64,000 bases of DNA, taken from assembly GCA_039621445.1 (NCBI GenBank), contig CP154954.1, forward strand, positions 45,549,847-45,613,846, given 5' to 3'. The position numbers were made by a program, and so were the translations under genes. The stretch is from Euglena gracilis (Eukaryota). Under the pieces are notes generated by a model that was not told the DNA's origin, did not search any database, and was given only the letters and a program-made list of their open reading frames with translations. Positions 50,801 through 59,800 of the stretch are shown one piece after another; position 1 is the stretch's first letter, and each line of letters begins with the position of its first letter.

Positions 50801-53800
50801 GTTTTTTTGCGTCGTTTTTTTAATGGCCGATGTAGCCCCCCCCCTCCCCCCCAGTGGTCCTGTGAGCTTCTCCAATAGTCTAACCTCGGTTTTACACAGT
50901 CTGCCTCACCTCATTTTGGTTTCGGAAAATAGCAGTACTATTTCAAAGGATGGGAAATCCACTAGTTTGAGCTCCAATTTCGCTTGTGTGGCCGACAGAT
51001 GGATGCAATGGAGATCGTCAACGAGCTCCTGCGCCTTGGGTCCCATTCCAAGCCCCCGATCGACAACGACTCCCATGAGCGGATCGTCTTGTGTCTGGCG
51101 CTGCTGCAGAATGCCAACACCGTTCCGGCCAAGGTCGAGAATTTATGCTTGGACACCATTTGGCACAGAACTTGAGCGTTCTTGTCCAGACCATAGAATC
51201 ATTTAGCACCTGTGTGGCCCCTCCCCCGGGGCAGGGCAGAACGGGAATCAACCGAACAGCCAGGGTGGTGGGTGGGGGGGGTCAACCCCCCCCCCCCACC
51301 CCCTGCACGGTGGGTGGGGGGGGGTCGACCCCCCCACCACCTCTTCCCGTATTTCCGGGAGCACCAATATTTGGACCCGAAAAATTTTTCCGGCGCCTTC
51401 GGCGCCGGGTGTTTTTTTTGACCCATTTTGGGACCCATTTTGGGACCCATTTTGGGACCATATAGGGGGTCCCCCCAAGAACCCCTGAAATGAACCTACT
51501 GAAATTGAATTGAAAGTCCAGAATTTTTCAACGAGAAAAAAATTTCAGTAAAATTTGACTGTGCCAAAATTTTGTCCACTTTTTTTGACCTTCGTTTTTT
51601 TCACCCCCCTCCTAAATATTGTCAATTTTTAACCCTGAAAATTTTGAGATTTTTTTGTGAAAAAAATGTCATTTTCCATCAAAAAATCATGTGTTTGGGG
51701 TTCATTTTTCAAAAAAAAATTCAAAAATTTTCCGGCCAATATCCCCGTTTTCCTGAAATCGGTGAAAATGCTGTGGTGGGTGGCGGGTGTCGACCCACCC
51801 CACCTCCCGGATGGGGGGGAGTCGACCCCCCCCCCCCCCCCCACCAGGCCTTCCCGTTCTGCCCTGCCCGGGGGGGGGGTGGGCGGGTGGTTGGGGCACC
51901 GGGACCAGGCTTGTGCTTAGTCGGGTGCCTACCCCGCGGGGGGGGAGAGGGTGCTAGGGGAATGCACCCCAAAGCCCCAGATCCGACCCCCCCGGGGGGG
52001 GGGTATTGTTTTGGGGGGTGCCTTCCCACAGCAGGCCCCCCCCCCCCCGCCCCCGGCGCCGGGGCCCCGGAAAAGGCCATTTTGAAAAATTTCTGGGTCC
52101 CCCCCCCCGGGGGGGTGTGCCTGCTAGGGGCAGGCGCCCTATAGCACTCACCCCCCCTCCCCCCCAGTCAGTGAGCACAAGCCTGACCGGGACCCCGTGG
52201 GGGAGGTGCACCATGAGTCAGGTTTTTGCCCGGCCGAAGCCCAGGCCGGAAATATTCTTTCTGTGTTTTGGGCCGATGCTGGCTGGAGTTTGTGTGGGTG
52301 GGTGGGTGGGTGGTTGGCCCCCCGGGGGGCGGTCGTGGGGGGGTGGGGTTTCGAAAAAAGTGGGTGGGTGGGTTTTCAAATAAAAGTGGGTGGGTGGGTT
52401 TGGGCCCAGGAAAAAGTTCCCCCTGGGGCAGGGGTTTTTTTTGTTTGTGGGGCTGGGGGGGGGGGGGGGGGTGGGGTGGTTGGGTCCGGCCGAGCCCCCC
52501 CCCCCCAGGGGGGGTCCCCCAGAGGGGGGGATATACTTTCGGCGCCGAAAAAGTGCTATTTTTAGCACTTTTCATGATTTCTCGGCCATTTTTTTTTTAT
52601 GGGTCCCCCGGGACCCCCCCCCCCCGGGGGGGCCCCCAGGGGGAGGGGGGGTGGGGGGGCCCCCCGGTCTGAAAAAAACCCCTGCCCTGGGGGGTCACTA
52701 AGTAAATCTATGATCCAGACTCAAGGCCCTCAGCTGTGATGAACTCCAGCAATACTGCTCAATCAGGGACAGCTTTTTCTCCCTCCATGTGCTGAAGGAT
52801 GCAAAGTGTTGATTTCTTTTTTTCCTTCAAACCCAAAATGCTCAATGGCCCAAATTGGGCTGTCAGTTCCAGGGCGGTCCATAAGGGACAGGATTTTTTT
52901 TTTAGTTAAGGACCGCCCCTCAAGGCCCCCCCCCCCAGGGCAGTTTTGGACCCGAAAAAAATTTTCCGGCGCCTTCGCCGCCGGGTGTTTTTTTTGCCCC
53001 ATTTTGGGACCCATATGCAGGCACCCATGGCTAAAATGGCCTAAAATGCCTAAAATGGCCTTAAATGGCCTAAATTGGCCTAAAATAGGGGAACTTTGGG
53101 GCTTGACCATAGGTGCTTGCCAAGGTTGACTGCTTGTTTTTTTGAAACAAAAAAAACCAGGTGTTTTTTTTAAAAAAAAGTGCTTTTTTAAAAAAAAACT
53201 TTTTTTTTTACAAAAACCACAACAAAAAGGCGTCACTTTTTGATGACCAAAAATGATTTCAGAACTTTTTCCTCAAAAAAATGGCCATTTCGCAAGGAAA
53301 ACTCCCTCAAAAGTTTTTTTTTTTTTTTTTTTTTAAATCCAACACCATTTTTCACACCTTCCAAAAAAAATCAACATCTTCTCAAACTGTTGACTTTGAG
53401 AGGTTTTGAAGCAAAAAAAAAAATGCCATTGAAAATCCAAAAAATTTGACAGAGAAAAAATGTCAGTAAAATTTGACTGTGCCAAAATTTGTTCCACTTT
53501 TTTTTGACTTTCGTTATTTTCCACCCCTCCTAAAACTACCAAATTTAACCCTGAAATCTTTGAGATTTTTCTGTGAAAAAAATGTGGTTTTCCATCAAAA
53601 AATCACCAATTTTTTCGGCTTCCAATTTTGTCGGTTCTAATTTTATCTAGCCCCAATTTTTTCCCCCCGGTATTTTGGGTTCATTTCTTCAAAAAATTTT
53701 AAAATTTTCAGCCCAAATCCCCCGTTTTCCCGAAATTGGTGAAAATGCTGCCCAAAACGTTGCCCAAAATCCCCCCAAACCCCATTTTTTTCACACCTTC

Positions 53801-56800
53801 TAAAATTTCAACATTTCTCATAGTTTTGATTTTGAGAGATTTTGGAAGCAAAAAATGCCACTGAAAATCCAAGAAATTTCCAAGAAAAAAAATGTCCGTA
53901 AAATTTGAATGTTTCAAAATTTGGTCCCATTTTTTTGACCTGCATTTTTTTGACCACCCTCCTAAAAACGAACAATTTTCAACCCTAAAAATTTGGAGTT
54001 TTTTTGGGGGAAAAATGTATGTATTTTGGGTGTTCATTTTTCAAAACATTTTCAAAAAAACCCCGCCCTTTTCCTTATTTTTTTGGTTGAAGTGTATGGG
54101 GACAGGATTTTTTTTTTTTGCTTAAGGACCGCCCTGGTCAGTTCCATCACCCCCCCTTCAGGGAAGTTAACGTATCTCCTGAGGTGGCAGGAGCATTGGA
54201 TTCTTGTGCAACGCGTTTGTTTTCTTTCTGCTTCCCCTTTTCCCTGTGGTGGGTTGGGGGGAAGAATTGTTGTTATTGTAGTTCAACTGTTACTGGTGTT
54301 GTGAGGTTATAAGGTTGGACGGTTTGGGAGAGTGCAACTGCTGCGCAGCACTTTTGAACTTCACTGAAAATCAGTCACCCAGGTGCAGGGATGTGTGGGA
54401 AGCCTGCGGTGCTGAGGTAGGTGTTAGGAGGAGGGTCCAGACCCCTATCTTGCATTTTACCGTATCGACACCTTATATTGGGTAAGGTGGTGGGTCCGGA
54501 CCGCCCTCCAGATGTTGGAAGGGGGTGTCTGGACCCACCCCCACTGCCTTTGGCAAGTTCCAAAAAATAGCGAAAAAATTTTCTTCCAGCACATACGCCA
54601 GAAAATGCAACAAAAAGGTCCCTTTCCTTATTTTCAAGCGTATTGCACATTTTTTGATGTTTTGGTGTTTTCCACATAAAAAATGAAAACAAGTACAAAG
54701 AATATTTTCGTTCTTGGATATTTTTTGAAGAAGGATCAGAGATTTTTTTCAACATATTTTGCCTGGTATTGGGTCCTTGACCGTCAACAAAACCAAACAA
54801 TTCCCCTGCCCTTTACGGTTTCGAGGTAGGAGGGAAGGTCCGAACCCCCCAGGGCTTCCCATACATCCCTGCCCAAGTGTGAAGGAAAACAAAATTGTGT
54901 TTTTTGCAACTTGTTGTTCGTTTCTTTTTTTTGCATTTTGTTTTCTTCTCCTATTGATTTTCTGTTCTGTTTGCTTCTTTGGATAGTATCAACCCAGTAA
55001 TTTGGTAAAAGGCGACCTTTGATTTTTGCCAGACGCCTGCTTCGGTTTGGAGTTGCTGCCAACCCTCCTGCTGCCCCAACAGGGCTTGAGAAGGGCAGGC
55101 ATCAGGGTGCGGCCCTCCTGGCTCAGTCCCCAGAAACAATTTCGCACAAACACGTTCATGCGCCATCTGTGCCTTGTATTAGTTTTGTGTAGCCTTGTTT
55201 TTGGGCCCCCAATTTTGTGCGATCTTTCACCATACGCATACATCACCACACGCAAAGTCCATCATCAACGTCTTGCACATTCCCAAAATCAAATTCAAAC
55301 CCAATGATCTCACGCCTGGAAGTTTTTTTTTGCCTTGAATACCGCCCAAAAGAATTGCCGTTTCAAAAAAGGAGTCATCAAAACAGGCAATATCATGGAG
55401 TGCGGCTCCATGACATTTCCCCTTCCCACCACGGCTTCGCATCCCTGGCCGGAGCCAACCGCCAAAACTTCGGAGCGGCCAAGCCCCCCCCCCCCCCGCC
55501 CTAGGCGCTGGTGGAGGGCTCCGTCAAGGCGTTCGCAGACATGCTGCAGGAGACGGCCACCACGGTGGTGGACGCCGGCACCGCCGCCCCGGCCGCCGCC
55601 AGCGTGCCCGTCGACTCCACCATCAAGTTCTCCCAGTTCTCCAAGGGTGTGCCGGGGAGGGGGGGGGGTGACAGGGGGGTCGACACGGGGCGGTGGGACG
55701 GTGTCGGCAACGGCACCGGCTGTACGGTGTTGCTGCTGCTCTGTACTGCACTGCACCCCCGCACGACACTGACGAAGGGGTCCCGGTTCTGGGCATTTTG
55801 GGATTTTTTTTTGGATTTCAATGCCATCCAAGGTCCAGCCATCCTGCACAAGGAGAAAACCAAATTTGCACAATATTATAAATACCTTTTTTTCGGAAGG
55901 GCGCTTCCATTTGGAACACTTTGATTTTTGGAATTCCATTTAAATTATGTATTTCAGGGACAGGGGGCTCTGAATTTCATCTGGGGGGGATGGGGTTCGG
56001 GTGATGCACCAGCGCTTATTGCTGTTGTTTTTTTTCGAAGTTTCTATTTTATGAGTTTTTTCCTTTCATTTTTTCTTCCAGTGCTCCTCAAAGAAAAAAC
56101 ATGACATATTGTCTCCGTCAAATATTTTTTATGCTTTTTGCAAAATGTTTTCAGTGAAGCTTTTTTTTGAAAAGAAGTTACGTATATCCAAGTCCCCTCT
56201 CAAAAAAAAAAGAGCCAAGGGACAGAATTTGTTAGGGGGTAGTTCCAATCAGGGTTTTTTTTTTAAGTCTTGGACCCTCGGGGAGGGGGGAGGGGTCTGG
56301 CCGAGCCCTCCTCCCCCCCAGAGGGGGGTGGGATATACTTTTCGGCACCGAAAGCGCCAAAATTTTTTAAAAAGGTGCATTTTTTGCATTTTTCACGATT
56401 TTTTGGCCTTTTCGCGGGAAAAATGGGTTGGGTTCCCTGGTTTTCGGGGAAAAGTGGGTTGGGTCCCCTGGACCCCTCCCTGGGGGGGGCGCCCCCCCCC
56501 CCAGGGGTAGTGGGTTGGTTGGGGGACCCTTCCTCCCCCCCCCCCGGTCTTAAAAAAACCCCAACCCACTCCTTAATCACAGTGGGGGGGGGGCTGGACC
56601 GAACCCGGAGGATTCCCCAGAATGTCATTTTTTTTTTTTTTTTTTTCTCTTCCAGACCCCCAAAATGCCCCAAATGCTTAAAATGGCATTTGGAGTCGAA
56701 ATGGGGACAGGGATTTTTTTTGCTCCAGCGCTTTGTTCCAGACCAAAAATGTTCCATTTTGGCTGTGTTTGTTACGGTAGAAGCCACCCCCCTTGACTGG

Positions 56801-59800
56801 AGGGGTCCAGCCCTTGTATCGAACCCTGGGGGAGTACTTTCATCAGATTTTTTTTGTGATTTGCCCCTTCGAAATCAAATGAGTGATCCGTACCGCTAAA
56901 GCATCACAGGGTCCACGCGTCCGTTCCATGTGGTCGGGGACCCAACTCCAACGAGCAACCCCACCTCTGGATTTGCTTTTGACGACGCTGGCTTCCTTTC
57001 CCTGTGTGCTGCAGACAAACACAATCGACTGGAAGAGGAAGATGAGACGGAGGATCCGAGTGCCGCAATGCTTTCTGGGGTAAGCCCAGAAGCCCGGATC
57101 GGTATTGGGAAGGCATGCCCACAGGATTTGCTGCAATCCAGTTTCATGTGCGGATATCGCTGAGCATGGCCCTGGCCTGGCGAGAAGTTTCACAGCTCAG
57201 GGGCCCCTGGGGTCTATCTGGGGGCGGTCTTATATTTGGGAGGGGTAAATTTGGAGTTTGTTGCCCTCCTGCTGCAGGCTTCTGCTTAAGGGTTCGCAGT
57301 ACCCCCCCGGGCTGCAGCTCGTCCAATTTTGGCTAGTGGAAATCCTAGTGGACCCCCCTTGGGGGGATCTGTTAGGACTAGTAGTAGCAGGACTATCCAG
57401 GTGGAGAATTTTTCCAGTGACCAGTGCGAAGTGCCGAGTTTTTTTGGACCCCCCAAACTGGCCAAAAAAAATCTCATTTTGGTCAGTTTTGGTTGTTTTT
57501 TTTTTAGAACTAAATCAGCCAAAAAACCCATCAAAAACCTGATTTCCACCTTGGCGCAGCGCTGGAGGAATTTTTTTTCCTGTCGGGACCCCCCCCCCCC
57601 AGGGGGTCTAGCAAGTCCATTTTTTTTCCAGTGTCTGGCAAAATGACCACCCAGTGGACCCCCCCGTCCTTAAGAAAAGACCCGGCTGGGTGTCAGGCAT
57701 TTGCCTTGCGGCAGCAGCACAGACCAGCCTTGCTGGAGCAAAGGGAAAGAAGAGCGCCTTCATTTCCCGCCTGGACAGGTGTTCTGTTGCCTCCTTTCGC
57801 ACGCCTGCAAGGCAAGGCAAGGCGCTGTGCTGCAACAATTCTGCATACGCTGGACTCTTGCCACTGTAAGTCAGTCCTGGCAGCACCCCCTCTGTGTGCC
57901 GGGCCGCAGGGTCATCCAGCTGACGGGCTTCTCCGACCCGGTGTATGCGGAGGCCATGGTCACCGTCAACCAGTTCGACATCTCCCTGGACATCCTCGTC
58001 GTCAACCAGTCCTCCCACCCAAGGCATTGCTCAAAGGATATGCAAAGAAGTTGGAATTGCAAGAAGTTGTGAAAAATTTATTTCTTGTTTCTCTTGCTCT
58101 TTTGGATACCTTGAATCGAGGGGGTGGGTCTGACTGTGAGGCTGAAGGGTGGTGCTCTACATCCAAGTGGAAAAGCACTCATGTTGCATGTGCTTTTCCG
58201 TGGATTCATTGTCGGTTTTGATGGTTCCTGGACTTCCGCATGTTGTCTGCACATCTACACCCACAACTTGCTGGACTGGCTGGAGGCGAAGCAAAGACAT
58301 ACCCACAAGGAAAATTTTGAGACCCCCGGGGAGGGGGTCCAACCCCTTCAGGGAAAAAGGTGCTGGTGCCCCCACAAAAGATCCTTGGGCAGACTGCGCT
58401 GTAACTGTGCATTCTTTGGTAAAAAAAAATGAGAATAGAAACACCGAGTGCCTTTCTTCCAGTTCCCAGGTAGCTGTTTTTCTGGGGGTTGGACATTTCG
58501 ACACGCAGCGGTATGATGGGGGAGGGGGTCACCCCCCCCCCCCCAAAGCCTTCCCGACAGCTTTGGGGGTCCAGCTGACTGATGGGCTGGACCCAAAGGC
58601 AAAGAAGCAAATCCAGCTGAGAATTTCCGTAGGAGAAAAAATGCCCCAAAACACACCCCTCCCATCGCCCTTTATTAACCCTTCACATTTCTGCCGGAAA
58701 CGTCTGGGCCTTGGCTAGAGCCAGCGAGCTGCAACTTGGACCTGCAGCTTTGTTTTCATTCATGAAAATAAGTCCAAAGGTGTTCCAACTTATCGCCCAC
58801 AACTCGTTGGTTGTTCTCATCAAAATCCAATACTTTGTTAAGCGTCATAGCGCAATCTGCTACACAATGGTGCGCATGGGAGATTTGCTGCAAGAGTGGG
58901 TGCTCCATTGGGAGGTTTGCAACTATGCGCTGAATCGTGTTAGTGGGGTGTACGGGGGTATCCCAACGTGGGGTGTACGGGGGGTGTCCCCTAGGTCTTC
59001 CGCATCATTGTCCATGGGTTGAACGGTACCTGCGTTTGCGGGCACCATGCAACGAATTTCTGGATGTCAGGGCAATGTGGGAAAGGACCCAGTATCAGGT
59101 ATTGCTGGCAACTGTCCGTAAGGACTTGGAGGGGGAGCGCAGGGGGGAACACCCTTCCCTCGGCTGGTGGAAAAAGACGCTGGTTTCCTGGATTCCCCTG
59201 GGTGGGGGGGGGGGCAGTGTCCGTTTCACTCCCTCACAGTTTTAACATTTTTTTTGTTTTCCTGTTGTTTTATTTTTTGTTTGCATTTTGTGCAGTTTTT
59301 ATTTTATTATTTTTGAAAACCGATATGTTTCATGCTTGCACTCATTTTTTTTCTTCGATTTTTATCAATTTTTCACATGTCTTTGGCCCTCCGTATTTGC
59401 ATTTTTTTTGCATCTTTTCTTTCACATGCTTTTCAGGTCATCGCGAAAAAAGGGTCTAAATGTGGCGGAGTTGCAGCACAGATCCACATGCCTTCTTCAT
59501 TCCTTCCCTCTGTTCGAATGGGAGGCGGTCTTATTACACATTTGATTCTCGTTGCAATTGGTGGGCTTTTGGCCACCTGAGGAAGAGTGCCTTGGGATCA
59601 TTTGCTGCAAAGCCTCACGGTGGAGCTGGCGACCCAAGGGGACCTGAAGCTTTGTGAGCGGCCGGAGACATACACACTGGCCCCCAAGGAGCAGGTCAAC
59701 ATGCGGGTCAACATCAAAGTTTCGTCGACCGATACAGGTGTGATACGTATGAGGAACGTTTTAGAAACTCGAAAGAAAATTTTGCCCTTGACATTGGGGG

